Shown here: positions 13,656 through 27,720 of the stretch, piece by piece
Numbering within the stretch: the stretch's first letter is position 1
Layout of the letters: every line of letters starts with the position of its first letter
Assembly (NCBI GenBank): GCA_951406725.2
Contig: OX597820.1
Span: forward strand, 20,894,001 to 20,958,000
Direction of reading: 5' to 3'
DNA: 64,000 nucleotides
Origin: Octopus vulgaris
Lineage: Eukaryota
Notes under the pieces: generated by a model
Seen by the model: the letters and a program-made list of their open reading frames with translations, nothing else
Databases searched by the model: none
What the model was told of the DNA's origin: nothing
Program-made: the position numbers and the translations under genes

Positions 13656-14624
13656 ATCCTTAATAGACACACACACACACACACACACACAAATACACAC
13701 ATACAGTACATAAGGTTCTTTTGTAAACAAATATCACTGTCATACAAGCAGTGTCCTTTTGTTTGCAACCTTCTGTGCCTTCATGTCTGGGAATGGGAAA
13801 ATATCACCTTGCTAGGAAACAGGTGAGGGCTGGGGAGAAGAATGGCATCACCAGCAAGATAGGGTTGGAGAGGAGACACCTGTCTAGAAGTATATATGAG
13901 AAAAGATGGAAGGATGTGGTAAGGAAGTTGGGAGTGAGTGTCCCTACTTAATCTACCACGTGGAAAAAAAAATAGGATGTAGAAAAAATGTAAGGGAAAT
14001 CAAAATTTTTGATCATATAAATCATCTATTTTTAACTTAATATATTTCGTTTTTGGATTTGGTTTGCAAGAGTCAAAACTATTGAAAAGGTTGCAAGATG
14101 CAACGAAAATTTTAGGACAATAAAAATAAGAAAAAAGTGGAAATTTTACCGGTGAGTATATTACATAATAAGGCACAAAAAGAAAGTGACTCTCCCCAGA
14201 CACAACAGAATAATTTAATATATTTTTGTGTAAAAAAACCAAACTGAAAAAACTCGCTGAGTATGTTTTTATTAATGTTTTGTATTGTCCTGTTCTGTCC
14301 TTCTATATTAAATCTTATGATCATGATAAAGAAATCTCTCTACCAGTCGAAAACTGCCTCAACAAATTCAGTCTGACTCATGGAAAAGTGGACATAAAAA
14401 TGATTTGAGCATATGGTCAAGATATCAACATTATATTATTTCCAGTATCAAGAACGTTTAATTTGCACACTTAAGCTTTGTTGTGCTTTTTGATTTGGAA
14501 TATTACGGTTGTTTAAACAATTCTGACTAGCATTTCAAAATAAGCTACAAATGCTGTTTTTATCTTTCTTTAAAGCAATTTCTTGTTGTAGTTAAAATAT
14601 ATATTAATTTAACATTTACTATAC

Positions 14625-14696
14625 CTGAGATGATCCAATTGTTTGACTAGACTTTCTCTTTCTATTGCTATTCCTTCAGTTAGCTTCAATGCTATT
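14625..14696 (-). CDS. CRACR2A: CRACR2A-like exon F (72 nt, phase 2/2): IALKLTEGIAIERESLVKQLDHL(R)
   Basis: Acceptor tttctttttaatacag and donor CAG|GTATAG. Matches the recalled 'TESLQREKAGLLKQLDFLR'. Confidence 0.88.
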
Positions 14697-14952
14697 CTGT
14701 ATTAAAAAGAAAAACATATATATATAGTTACGATATTTCCATCATCAAAGTTTTAAAATGTCATTTTACATTTTGCATAGAGTAGAGCAATGTGGAGAAT
14801 TAAGCTTAAAATCTGTAAAAATCACTGTATTAGTATAAAGTGTTATTGAAACTTCTTAAATCATTAAAATAAAGAAACAAAAATTAAAACACTGCAGCTT
14901 ATTGTACACTTGAAACTTGTTTAAAATAATTACTATACATGACTTGGATATG

Positions 14953-14993
14953 GTACTGAAGAAGGAGCAAGAATTCCTGAAATATGGATATAC
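14953..14993 (+). ncRNA. Minimal hammerhead-like motif (decayed helix III)
   Basis: gta CUGAAGA agga-gcaagaat-tcct GAAA tatgga UA tac. Confidence 0.5.
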
Positions 14994-16661
14994 ACTCATT
15001 ACCTATCTATAGATGCAGATGTCGTTGTGTAGTAAGAAGCTTGCTTCCCAACCACATGGTTTCAGGTTCAGTTCCACAGTGTGGTACATTGGAAAAGTGT
15101 CTTCTACCTTAGCTTCAAGCCAACCAAAGCCTTGTCAGTGGATTTGGTAGACAAAAACTGAAGGAAGCCTGTCATCTATATGCATAGGTGTGATGTGCGT
15201 GTGTGTGTGTGTGTGAGTGTCTTCATGTCTGTGTTTGTCCCCCACCACCACTTGGCAACTGGTGTTGGTGTGTTTACATCCCCATAACTTAGCAGTTCAG
15301 CAAGAGACCAAAAGAATAAGTACCAGGCTTAACAAAAAAAAAAAAATGTAAATAATGGGGTTTATTCCCTAAGGTTAAATGGAATCAAGATGGCAATCTT
15401 CATAAGAGAAGCTCTTCACCAAAAAGTTGCAACCAGTAAGTCAAAATTGCTAGCTGTCCAAAGAACTGAACAGTTGACAATCAATAAAATTATTTGATTT
15501 CAGAAAGGAGGACGGATTTGCCCTTGAAGTCTCAAGAGGAGCTAGATAAAGTACTTTTCACTTACTATTCTGTTGGTAAAAATTTGTCATAAGAAGCAAA
15601 TTGCACCTGTTAGTTTTTTTTACTGGCATCAAAGAAATTCTTCTGCCCAGCGTCAATACAACCTATGCTGCATTTAATCTCCCTTTTAACTTAGGGACAA
15701 ATGAAAACGCTACATACAATATTACTAAGGAGCATACAATATTACTAAGGTCCATACATGTGTCTGAGTTGTATGCGTGTGTATGTTTACTCGTGCTTTA
15801 AATTGTGTTGCTTTGTGTCATCAGTGTATCTTAGTAGTTAGTTTAATAAAGATTATGAAAGTAAGCACAAAAGAGAAATAAGCACAGAAGTCTATATAAC
15901 TGACCAAGGTGGAGCTCCAGCTTGGTGGGTTTTAGCCCACATGACAAGGTTCTAGCTCAAAAATACTTTATCCATTGATCTGTTTTTCATTTCTGTATTT
16001 CATTTATTTTGCATTGCTTTGGCCTTTTCACAAGTTTTAATCTAATATGCACTACTCCAGTGCATATTTCTCTCTTGCCCTTATTTTAATAATCTTTATC
16101 AAACTCACTATTATGAAATACTGTTGGCAGACTGACTTTGAACTGAGTTTGGTATATTTGTGTATTTTGTTTAATTTTGGGAAACATAAAATGGGATTTA
16201 ACCATCAGATTATCATATTTCTCTTAATATATACTGTTCTAATATCAAAGACAGCGAGCTGGCAGAAATGTTAGCACACCGGGCGAAATGCTTAGTGGTA
16301 TTTCGTCTGTCTTTACATTCTGAGCTCAAATTCTGCCGAGGTCAACTTTGCCTTTCATCCTTTCGGGGTCGATTAAATAAGTACCAGTTGTGTACTGGGG
16401 TCGATCTAATCAACTTAATCCCTTTGTCTGTCCTTGTTTGTCCCCTCTATGTTTAGCCCCTTGTGGGCAATAAAGAAATATATACTGCTCAAATATCAAT
16501 TAATCTTAAAATAATGACGAATTTAGTAAAATAACCTTGTTTTCTTATTAAGCTTGCATTTGGAAAGTAAATTGACATGGCACAGTCTAATGACAAAAAG
16601 AAATATCTATAGAAACATCAATAAATAGCTTAACACAATAGTCACTATACACACTAATATA

Positions 16662-17253
16662 CAGTCATGGCAAAAAGTTTGGAACATATGTCCAAAAATT
16701 AGAATTTTTATATTAACCCTTTCATTACTGTATCTATTTTGAGATGCTCTGTGTTTCTTTCAATTACTTTAAATATAACAAAGAATTTAGTAAAATAACT
16801 TAGTTATCATTCAGCTAGTGTTAGGAACATAAATTTTGACTAAGGTTTGGTGGAAGATTTTAATTCAAAACTTATGAAAACAAGACATTTGTACTCAGAG
16901 CCAGAGCTGGTTTCAGCCGGGTTGGTAACGAAAGTGTTAAGAATTGTTTCTCTGTTATATATTTTAACCCATTTGTTACCATATTTCTGTTGAGACACTC
17001 TGTGTTTCTTTCAATTAATTTTAAATATAACGAATAATTTAGTAAAATAACTTAGTTATCATTCAACTAGTGTTGGGAACAAAACTTATGAAAACAAAAC
17101 ATTTGTACTCGGAGCCAGAGCCAGTTTCAGCTGGGTTGGTAACGAAAGGGTTAAATGCCTAAATTTATACATTGCATATATTTGAATTGAACTGTACTTC
17201 GGCATAACAATTTTGATTTATAAAAAGATGTTCCAAATTTTTGGCCACAACTG
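16662..17253. mobile_element. Tc1-like MITE containing a nested piggyBac-MITE dimer
   Basis: TA|cagtcatggcaaaaagtttggaacat ... atgttccaaatttttggccacaactg|TA. Confidence 0.65.
16713..17154 (-). mobile_element. piggyBac-type MITE dimer
   Basis: TTAA-CCCT...AGGG-TTAA units separated by a fixed ~23-bp spacer. Confidence 0.75.
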
Positions 17254-17331
17254 TATGGATGTAACATTAAGTCTTTGAGAAGAAATGGAATAAATTTATA
17301 TGTTATGAAAATAAAGAATTGGTAAACTTAC

Positions 17332-17447
17332 TTTGATCTTTCCCTTTTTTCATCTTTTTGCTGTTGATGTAGTTGTTGAATATAGCTGTGTTGTTCGTCT
17401 ATACATTCTTGGGACTGCTTTAACTTGTACAGCAACTCATCTTTGTC
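17332..17447 (-). CDS. CRACR2A: CRACR2A-like exon E (116 nt, phase 0/2): DKDELLYKLKQSQECIDEQHSYIQQLHQQQKDEKRERS(K)
   Basis: Acceptor attcttaaaag and donor GTAAGT; coiled-coil peptide. Confidence 0.85.
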
Positions 17448-18329
17448 CTTTTAAGAATCAGAATAATAAATCGTTAAGAAGGTCACTTCAAATTTAATTT
17501 TGTTTATTACAATTGTAACTAGCAATAAAAATTTCTAATGATTGCACAAGGATTTTGTAAGCAGTGCAGTTTTTGTTGAGCAAATCCACTCAAGATTTTG
17601 GCATGGGACTATAGGAGAAAATATTTGCCTATGGTGCCATGCAATCAGACTGAACTCAAAACCACCTAGTTGGGAAACAAATTTCTTAACCATAGACAAA
17701 TAAAAGGCAATGTCAGTTCTCATGGAATTTCAACTCAGAGTGAAAAAAATATGTAACTAAAAACAGAAAGGTGTTTCATTCAATACACATCTGATATAGT
17801 TATTTACATAGTGGAGGTACAATGGCCCAGTGGTTAAGGCAGCGGACTCATGGTCATAGGATTGCGGTTTTGATTCCCAGACCGGGCATTGTAAGTATTT
17901 ATTGAGCAAAAACCCATAAAGCTCCATGAGGCTCTGGCAGGGGGTAGTGGCAAACCCTGCTGTATTCTTTCATCACAACTTTCTTTCACTCCTTCTTTCT
18001 GTTTCTGTTGTACCTGTATTTCAAAGGGCCAGCCTTGTCACAATCTATGTCACGCTGAATCTCCCTGAGAACTACGTACGTTAGGGGTACAGATATCTGT
18101 GGAGTGCTCAGCCACTTGCACATTAATTTCACGAGCAGGCTGTTCCATTCATTGGATCAACTGGAACCCTCGTCATCGTAACTGACAGAATGCCACGAGT
18201 TATTTACATAAATAATTTGAAAGATACTAAACTAGTTAAAATATATTTCCACCTGAAATACTTCCTTTTATAACTGAATAATATTTTGTTAATATGTATC
18301 AAAGAAATAGAAAATAAACCTAAGATAAT

Positions 18330-18658
18330 ACAGTTCTATATTTAAGAGATGAGGAATTATTTACATTATTTACATTTGAGGGATATTTGTCCTCATCTTG
18401 TTTGTTAACACAGCAATTAGGCTGATATACCCTCCAGCCTTCATCATGTGTCTTGGGGAAATTTTGAACCTGAGTTCTCATTCCTAAGGTATTTTTGGAT
18501 ATTATTATTATTATTCAGGTCACAGCCTGGAATCAAACTCGGAATCTTGGGGTTAGTAGCCCATGATCTTAACTACTACACCCACGGGCATATGGCGTTG
18601 TGGTTAAGAGCATGGGCTACTAATCCCAAGATTCCGAGTTCAATTCCAGGCTGTGACT

Positions 18659-18717
<59 letters not shown>

Positions 18718-18880
18718 AAGAAAAATAACAACAACAACATCAAAAATACCTTAGGAATGAGAACCCAGGTTTGAAATTTCCCCAAGACACCTGATGAAGG
18801 CTGGAGGGTATATCAGCCGAAACGTGTTAACAACAAACATGATGAGGACAAATAACCGTCAAATGTAAGTAATGTAAATA
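18330..18880. mobile_element. Inverted dimer of a tRNA-headed, hammerhead-bearing short retroelement
   Basis: 16-bp TSD ataaacctaagataat (18314-18329 and 18881-18896). tRNA-like head at about 18585-18660, then (AAT)n(AAG)n, then CTGATGA-ggctg..cagcc-GAAA at 18791-18822. Confidence 0.75.
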
Positions 18881-19449
18881 ATAAACCTAAGATAATTTTT
18901 AGAAAAGCATTTATTTATTCAATGAGTTGAATAACCTATCAGTTGAAACTTAAAGTCCGAATCAAAAGGGTTTTTTTTAAAACAAATTTTATTCTACTTT
19001 CAGTATTGAGTTTTTTCATCAGTAAATATTCTGTTGTAGTTCCCACTATACACATTCCTGTTCTCAGAGAAGTATTCTAATAAATTAAGAATTTATTATG
19101 TATGGAATTCCATAGAGTTCCAAAAAAGGAAGCTATGATTACTATTGTAAGGTTAGCAAAGTCAATTCTCATTTTATCAGAGTGACTGGATTTAAAGCAT
19201 TGTTGTGTATATTTAATAGCCACCTTTATGTATATATTTACAGAGAGAGAGAGAGAAACATACAGACAGACAGAGACAGAGAAAGGGAGAGATGTAAATA
19301 TGTATGTATGAATCCATGTACACACACACACATTAACTGCATTCCTTTCAAATAAGTTTCATGCCACAGCAATCATCAGGTGAGAACTTGCCTGATAATC
19401 ACAGTAGTGTGAAACTAAGTTGCAAGTAAGGATTCTAGCTTATAAAACA

Positions 19450-20089
19450 CAGACACAGATATATATGTATATATATATATATATATATATAGCATATATG
19501 TATATATGTATATATATATATATAGCATATATGTATATATATATATATATAGCATATATGTATATTCACAGACACATATAAACTCACATACACATACATA
19601 TATAAACTCACAAACACACATATATGTGTACATATATATAAACTCACACACACATGTACATATATACATGTATATAAACTCACACACACACATACATGCA
19701 TATACATGCATATATGCATACACACATAGCTATATACCTATCTACAGACATATATACACAAGTACATCATATATACATATATATATGCACATACATATAC
19801 ATACATATATGTATATACAAACATATACATGCATGCATGCATACATACATGAATGCATGCATGCATACATACATACATACATACATAGCTATATACCTAT
19901 CTACAGACCTATATACATCATATATATATATATATATATATACATCATATATATATATGCACATACATATACATACATATATGTATATACAAACATATAC
20001 ATGCATGCATGCATACATACATGAATGCATGCATGCATACATACATACATACATACATACATACATACATACGTACATACATATACATT

Positions 20090-20122
<33 letters not shown>
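19450..20122. repeat. Compound TA/CA/TACA microsatellite with an internal higher-order duplication
   Basis: Blocks such as atagctatatacctatctacagac repeat at about 19726 and 19885. Confidence 0.9.
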
Positions 20123-20125
<3 letters not shown>

Positions 20126-20192
20126 AGGAGAGAAATCTAAGTTAAGTTATGCAAATACATGTGCAGACATTTCAAATGTAAATCCCACTTAC

Positions 20193-20264
20193 TTTAGCAA
20201 GGCGGTCATTGGTTGTTTTAGCTTCCATTTCTGAATAATTGATGTCCTTCAGTTTTTGTTCCAT
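20193..20264 (-). CDS. CRACR2A: CRACR2A-like exon D (72 nt, phase 0/0): MEQKLKDINYSEMEAKTTNDRLAK
   Basis: Acceptor ctttacttttag and donor GTAAGT; open frame. Confidence 0.85.
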
Positions 20265-20791
20265 CTAAAAGTAAAGCAGCACAAGAGAATTAATTAACAA
20301 TTGATAAAAGATTGTTAATTAGAAAAGAAATATAATTTAACAAAAGGTATGCAAATTGAATGAATTTTTAAGAAATACATGTTTCTCACAGTCACACAAG
20401 CATTGAGCTTTGATAAAGATGACTTATTTTAGTTCCATGTTGATTGGTTGTTTTAGGATGGAAAGTTAAGATATATGACTTGAATTTCTTCTTTTAAGTT
20501 TTCAAAGATATAAGAGAAATGAAAGTTAAATGTTTTCAATTCAGGACAATGAAAACCTGTTTGTTGACTTCAACACAGAATAGAGAAATTTAGAAAGACT
20601 TAAGTTACTTTAATGAAATATAATGAAAGCTTAGGAGTTTTTAAATTATTTTTCTCAGTAAGCATGAGACAGATTTCAATATGAATAGGGTTTAGTTTTT
20701 AACAAAAAAAAACAAAAAAACCTTGAAAAGTATAATGTTTTATGAGAAAAGTAAAATGTGGGTTAAGGTAAAAAGTAAGTAAAACAATTAC

Positions 20792-20887
20792 TTCTTTCTG
20801 TCTTGTAATTAAATTCTGAAGTTGGTATTCTTTGTCATATAATTCCTTTTCCATTTCCTCTCTGAAATTACTTTCTTTGGTCTTCTC
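20792..20887 (-). CDS. CRACR2A: CRACR2A-like exon C (96 nt, phase 0/0): EKTKESNFREEMEKELYDKEYQLQNLITRQKE
   Basis: Acceptor ataattttcag and donor GTAATT. Coiled-coil peptide in frame with its neighbours. Confidence 0.85.
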
Positions 20888-21294
20888 CTGAAAATTATAA
20901 TAGAGAAAGAAGAAAAAAAAATTAGTATCATTTTAGAAGACATTTGACTGTAGAGAAAAAATAAACCCATCAGTACCGAAAAACATTCTGATTTTTTCTT
21001 AAATTCATAGTAAATTTTTAAATAAAAGAATGCAATCTCATGAAAATGAACTGCTTACTTTAAAATTAAATATTGATAAATCTGATAATTAGAAATGATC
21101 TCTTTATTTTATAACAGTTAAATTTGTAAAATTATCTAACAAAATCCAATTAGTATGAAAATTGTATGAGAAATTAAACTGTTGAAACAGAAACCTAATG
21201 AACACACTGTTAATAAATGTTCTTCTTTAGCTGGACCTGATCAATGATTAAACTAAGAAAATGTTTATATAGTGCTTTTATACATATATATGTG

Positions 21295-21325
<31 letters not shown>

Positions 21326-22327
21326 TTGTCTGTGTGTGCGTGTGTGTGTACATGCATATGCAGATATAAATTAAAAAAAAAACAGGAGTGCCATTATTTC
21401 CGTAACAATGCTCACTTTTCTCAACATATTTAACTGAAATCTACTTTTACAAAGCCGAGAGACATCATATAATAAATATATAAATAAACAGATAAATAAA
21501 TAAATTAGATACAAACATTTCTTTCATGAAGAACTGGTTTCTCATGACATTATTACATTGACCTCAGCTATTTCGTATGAAATGAGTGCAAATAACTTGC
21601 TTATACCTTTCAGACATATATGGAAAGATTGCAAATCAAACTACATTATATTATTGTCAAAAGAAAGCAATGAGATTAGAATGACTCAAATATGTTACGA
21701 TAATTAATAGAGCTTCCTATGGAAGGGTATATAAGAACATGTACATAAGAGGTTGGATATTCTATTTAAAAATTGACCATTCAGAAGAATTTGGTTTAAT
21801 TTACTAGTAGTTTAGGATCTGTTAAGATCCCTAGGACTCATAAGACTGGAACTCAGCCTAATTTATATGGGGTACAAGAGACTGAGATCATAACACCACC
21901 TCCTGAACAGGATGCTAGTCCATCGTAGGGTTAACTTCCCAATTGCTCAAGAAAATAATGCACTACTCTTTCCAGGAATCAAAACTAAGATCTTATGATC
22001 ATGAGGGCAAACACTCTAACCATTAGACCATGCAAACAATTTTGTAACGTGCTATACCTGTAAGTTATTCTATCATTATATGTCCAGGATGCTGAACCAA
22101 TTATTTTGCTACTTGGCCCAAGACAAAATTATAACTGATTGTTACCAAACTCTGCTCAACTTAGAATACAGTGGGCGGATCACCATACTTTATTGGCACT
22201 AAACTATTCAACTGCTCTGTAAAATGTAACAACCCTGGAGAATTCTAAGAATAATTTATGACATAACCCAACTATAACAATTCAGAAACAAAAATTCTAG
22301 TTTTCTAGTATTATTATTAGTATTATT

Positions 22328-22668
22328 ATTACCTCCGCCTTAGCGAAGGCAGAAGTATTGTTTTCAGTCGTGTTTGTCTGTTTGTTCGACCGTGGACAAG
22401 AACCACAGGATGGATTTGGATGAAACTTCTAGAGATGTTTGGCCTCATGACTGGCACAAACTTATTAGATTTTAGGATCGATCTGTTACCAGACAAGGAT
22501 TCTGGATTATCTTACCGTGTTTTTTACTCAATGTTTGAGAGCAGTTTGGGTTCATTTTTAGTATTCTCATTTGTGAGAGCAGTCGAGTTTATTTCAGATA
22601 TTTTCATTTTAAAAATCACCTCCAGCTAATTGTTGAAGGACGTTGGTGTTGCCTTGGCAGAAGTTTGT
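22328..22668 (+). mobile_element. Helentron/DINE-like non-autonomous element
   Basis: Subterminal inverted motif acctccgcc / ggcagaagt, short hairpin ccttagcgaagg, and a tgtt/tgtc repeat near the 5' end. Confidence 0.5.
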
Positions 22669-25600
22669 TAGTATTATTTTATCTGTATTATTTTGTATGT
22701 AACTCAGCAACGAGTTACGAGCAGGTGCAGGAGTGGGGGTGTGGCAAGTAGCTTGCTTACCAACCACATGGTTCCAGGTTCAGTCCCACTGTGTGGCACC
22801 TTGGGCAAGTGTCTTCTACTATAGCCTTGGGCCAACCAAAGCCTTGTGAGTGGATTTGGTAAACGGAAACTGAAAGAAGCCCGTCGTATATATGTATATG
22901 TATATAAGTGTGTGTGTGTGTTTGTGTGTCTGTGTTTGTCCCCACAACATTGCTTGACAACCGATGCTGGTGTGTTTATGTCCCTGTAACTTAGCAGTTC
23001 AGCAAAAGAGACCGATAGAGTAAAGAGTATTGTATTGTATGTCAAGTCCAGTATGGGTAAGATTATTTGCACTAAAGGCATAGACAAAAATGTGTTTCAT
23101 TGCAGTGTTGCACAAAGTTTAATCACCATAGCACTGGTTAAGATTAGGAGAAGTATTCATTACCGCTAGTCACATCTATATATTCAAGTATGACATGGCT
23201 GTAGCCAATGTCTCACACCTGTAGACTTATGAATGGAGACAGTTACAGCTTGTTGAATACTAATACTACACCAATAATTAAAAACTCATATTCATAAAAT
23301 GTTCACATTTAAAAACTCACTTATTTTGCTTTTTATTGAAAAAGCATAAGAGATATGATGTTGCTCAGTTAATTAAAACATGATTTAGCAGAAATAGATA
23401 CAACAAATTAGTAGTTATTTAAAATTAATAGAAAATTATAAATATAAATGAAATAATTAAAATCATAATAAATACCGTATTTAATGACATATAAAACACA
23501 CTTTCTTTTCCAAAATAATGTGTTTGAAAAAAATCACCCCGGGACCTTATATGCAGAGCTGTGCTTCCCATAAGCTTTAATGCACTAAAAACTATTTTTC
23601 CCAGATTAGGAACTACTGAAATTAGAGTGTATTCAATATGCCATCAAATATGGTAGTTTTACAAAATTCTTTCTCAATGATGTATGAAAGTCTACAGTTA
23701 GTTCTGACATGTGTAGTGAAAAATCCAAAAAAAGAATTTTTGTCAAAGGACAAATACAAAATAAGTGAAAAAATTATACTGATTTCAAAATTTCAATTGA
23801 TCTTAATTTTTCAATTGAATTAATAGAGTTGATTTAACAACATGATAAAATATCCAACTGAATAAATTAGATGTTAGGGTAAAAGTTATTGTCATACTAT
23901 TGTATGTGTGTGTGTGTGTGTGCATGTATGTGTGTGTGTTCATGGGCATGTGTGCATACGTGTGTGTGTGTGTGTGTGTTGTTTGGGAAGAATAGCAACA
24001 TTGTTCAACATACACTCCAATTGGGTGGTACCAAAAAGTCAATCTTTCGTTTGCTTAAATTTATAAAAAGACAAATAATTGTTGCATTTATGGCGAGTAG
24101 AATTGTGCCACAGCTCTAGCACCAAAGCTACAGTTTTCCAGCGGCATCACACACACACACACTCATACACACGCATACAGAGTTAAATCATAACAGCTAA
24201 AATGTCAGAATAATTTGATGATGCTACTGATATTTGTGTTGAATGTCATATTCTTTCAGCGTTTAAAACACCAGTGTAGTCTAACCTAAACTTTCTAAGC
24301 AGGGATACAGAAAAATAACAAAACTCAAAGGGACTTCCAAATAGCCAATCACTAGATTGCTTACTATTCTTGGTTACACACTCAAAAAGTAATACATCAC
24401 ATATTATGAAAAATCATAAAAATTCATAAAACATTTTATATAGGTGCAGGAGTGGCTATGTGGTAAGTAGTTTGCTTACCAGCCACATGGCTCCGGGTTC
24501 ATTCCCAATGCATGGCACCTTGGGCAAGTGCCTTCTACTATAGCCTTGGGCTGACCAAAGCCTTGTGAGTGGATTTGGTAGACGGAAACTGAAAGAAGCC
24601 CATCGTATATATGTATGTATATATATATAAATATACATACATATACTCTTTTACTTGTTTCAGTCATTTGACTGCGGCCATGCTGGAGCATCGCCTTTAA
24701 ATATATATATATATATATATATAAATATATGTGTGTGTGTATATATGTTTGTGTGTCTGTGTTTGTCCCCCCCAACATTGCTTGACAATCGATGCTGGTG
24801 TGTTTACATCCCTGTAACTTAGTGGTTCAGCAAAAGATACCAATAGAATAAGTACTAGGCTTACAAAGAATAAGTCCTGGGGTTGATTTGCTTGACTAAA
24901 GGCAGTGCTCCAGCATGGTCACAGTCAAATGACTGAAACCAGTAAAAGAGTAAAAAGAGTATTTAGTTTTATCACTCCTTTTTTGACCTCCTGGCAGTTT
25001 ATTTTTAATTTTCCTCCCTTTGGTCTCAATAAGTTAGGTAACAGTAATATGCTCAGGCAAATTGTATTGTTGCCTGGTTTACCATCATCATCTGGCCAAT
25101 TGTTGGCTAAATTCAGTCAACTGCAAGACTTCAAGCTAGGTCTCTGATCTGGAGGTAGAGTACCCCTACCAACCTCAGAGGCCCTGAAATAGGTCACCTT
25201 TTCTTCTCTGACTAAATCACACAAATAAAATAAAATAAAATAAAATAAAAAAAACAAGCAACTCTTTCCCAAAGAGCTTTGATATTAACATGGATTTTGA
25301 CAGGCAAAGAGTCAATATTTGTAGGTGAAGAGCGTAGTCAAGTAAATCAACGTAGCTAGTTGTCATACATTATTACAAGTACACATTATATCAATAACCA
25401 GAGAGAAAATAAACAAAGTCGGTCTTGGTGATATTTGAACAGAGAACAGAATTTACATCTTACCAATACCTCCTTACCAACGTCCAAATAAAATATAAGT
25501 GCCTGAACAGGTGCTTGTATTTATTCAGTGTCTGAATAGGCATTGGTACTGATTAGTATCTACTATCACACACATCTACTCCTCTCTTATTTACACAATT

Positions 25601-25889
25601 AATATTGGTCAACAGACATAGTGCAGTGACTTGGTTTTGGTTTCTGGTTGGAGTTTCTTCTTTAATTTACTAATGCTCATAGGAAATATATAAACAATCA
25701 TAACTCTTAATTTCTTCCCTTGTAAGATGAGTAGAAGCCATACCTTTAGACAAGAAACCAATATCAGATTGCTACAGAATTAAAAAAAAATTAATGATTT
25801 ATTAATTTAAAATAGATAACTTAGGTAATAAAAAAAATATATATCATTAACTCTTTTGAGACACATGGTGTTTTGGTATGCGTAGTCAA

Positions 25890-26200
25890 AAACTGGGAAG
25901 CAGTTGCCAGCAACCATGGAGATTGGCGACGTACCATAAAAGAGGGAACACAAAGGAGTGACAGAGGGAGAGAGGAGAAATGGAAAGACAAGAAAAGACG
26001 TCAACAAGAAAGTATGACATTACAACCAGCCAGGCAAAGTCTTCGCTACATTTGCAGCACCTGCCAGATGGAGTGTTTGTCCAGGATAGGACTACACAGC
26101 CACAGCAGGAGATGTATTAGGACATGAAATGTAAAAGCCGGACTAGATTATTTTATGCGCAACTCCATTGTCTCCCGAGACAAAAAAGATGCCAACAATA
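25890..26200 (+). mobile_element. 3' end of an RTE (BovB-like) LINE
   Basis: Peptide WEAVASNHGDWRRTIKEG...CSTCQMECLSRIGLHSHSRRC (C-terminal C2H2) followed by a short 3' UTR. Confidence 0.75.
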
Positions 26201-27720
26201 GTCAAAAGGACCAAAATGTTTTTTCTGTTGAGATCAAAATCGATGGGATGCATGTACACAACAAAGGATAAAGTGCCTAAACTACTTTATTAGTATGTAA
26301 AACTATATATATTATATAGTTTTCGAAATCAAAAAATCAAATTCGATGACTGGCATCCATGCTAGTGGAGCGCTAAGAGTAACATCAGAGCAACAAACTG
26401 GCTTCTGTGCCGTTTGCACGTTAAAAATACCATTCGAGCGTGATCGCTACCTGCGTCGCCTTACTGGCACTTGTGCTGGAGGCACGTGAAAAAACATTTG
26501 AGCGCAGTCACTGCCAGTGCCGCTGGACTGGCTCCTGTGTAGGTGGCACATAAAAAGCACCATTTGAGCGTGGCCGTTGCCAGTACTGCCTGACTGGCTC
26601 TCGTGCTGGTGGCATGTAAAAGTACCCACTATACTCTCAGAGTGATTGGCATTAAGAAGGGCATCCAGCTGTAGAAACTCAGCTGGATCAGATTGGAGCC
26701 CGGTGCATCCATATGTTCCACCAGACCTAATTCAAATCGTCCAACCCATTAACAATCACATCATTGATACCCCAAGGCTACAAGATAATACATGAGTAAT
26801 TCAAAACAAGGTGAACAGAGTAATATGAATGCTAAAAGGTTAAAAACATCCAAGGTCAAGGTGGAGGTGTTAAAGTAAGTGACAGATTAAGTCTACTACC
26901 TACTGTTCCCTATGATCACTGGTCACTAGTTCATCTGTAGTTACATGCGACCACAGCACTGCGTCTACTGCGGTTTACAAATCCTTGAAAATAATGTTGG
27001 TCAAAAGAAGAGTTTTTACTTAACCCTTTTAATACTAACATGCTTGTAGCTTGTATCTTGGCCTTTCTGCTTCGAGGTGACTTCAATTAAAAACCATCCA
27101 TCAAAACTTTATGATAAATTATTTTCTAGAAACCAATTCGATAATTTTTTATCTTTTACTTGTTTCAGTTCCATGACTGTGACCAAGCTGGAGCACTGCT
27201 TTAAAGGGGTTTTTAGTTGAATGAATCGACACTAGGACATATCTTTTTTAAAGCCTAGTGCTTATTCTATTGGTCTATTTTGCTGACCTGCTAAGTTACA
27301 GGGATGTAAACACACCATCAACAGTTGTCAAGTGGTGGTGAGGGACAGAGACACAAAGACACACAGTGATATATACATATACAAATATATACACACACAC
27401 ACACACACATACACACATAGAGAGAGAGACATCTAATGGGTTTCTTTCAGTTTCCATTTACTAAATCCACTCACAAGAGTTTGGCCAGCCTGAGGCTATA
27501 AGTAGAAGACACTTGCCCAAAGTACCATGCAGTGGGACTGAACCTAGAACCATGTGGTTGGGAAGTAAGCTTCTTACCACATAGCCGTGCCTGTGCCTAA
27601 CAAAGCTATCTTATTAAATTCTTCACTCTTTTTCAAAATGAATTAAAAGTGCATTTCAATAACAATTTGGTCACAAAAGAATAAAAAACAGTAAATATTC
27701 TCCAAACTAAATCATGTTGC

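Noticed and set aside
18585-18660. tRNA gene with ACT anticodon
   Set aside because: The acceptor stem is incomplete and it is embedded in a repeated element; treated as a SINE head.
19415-20234. Long ORFs rich in Y/I/H/T/C/V (also near 11003, 41946, 47366 and elsewhere)
   Set aside because: They are translations of TA/CA/TACA microsatellites, open in several frames on both strands.
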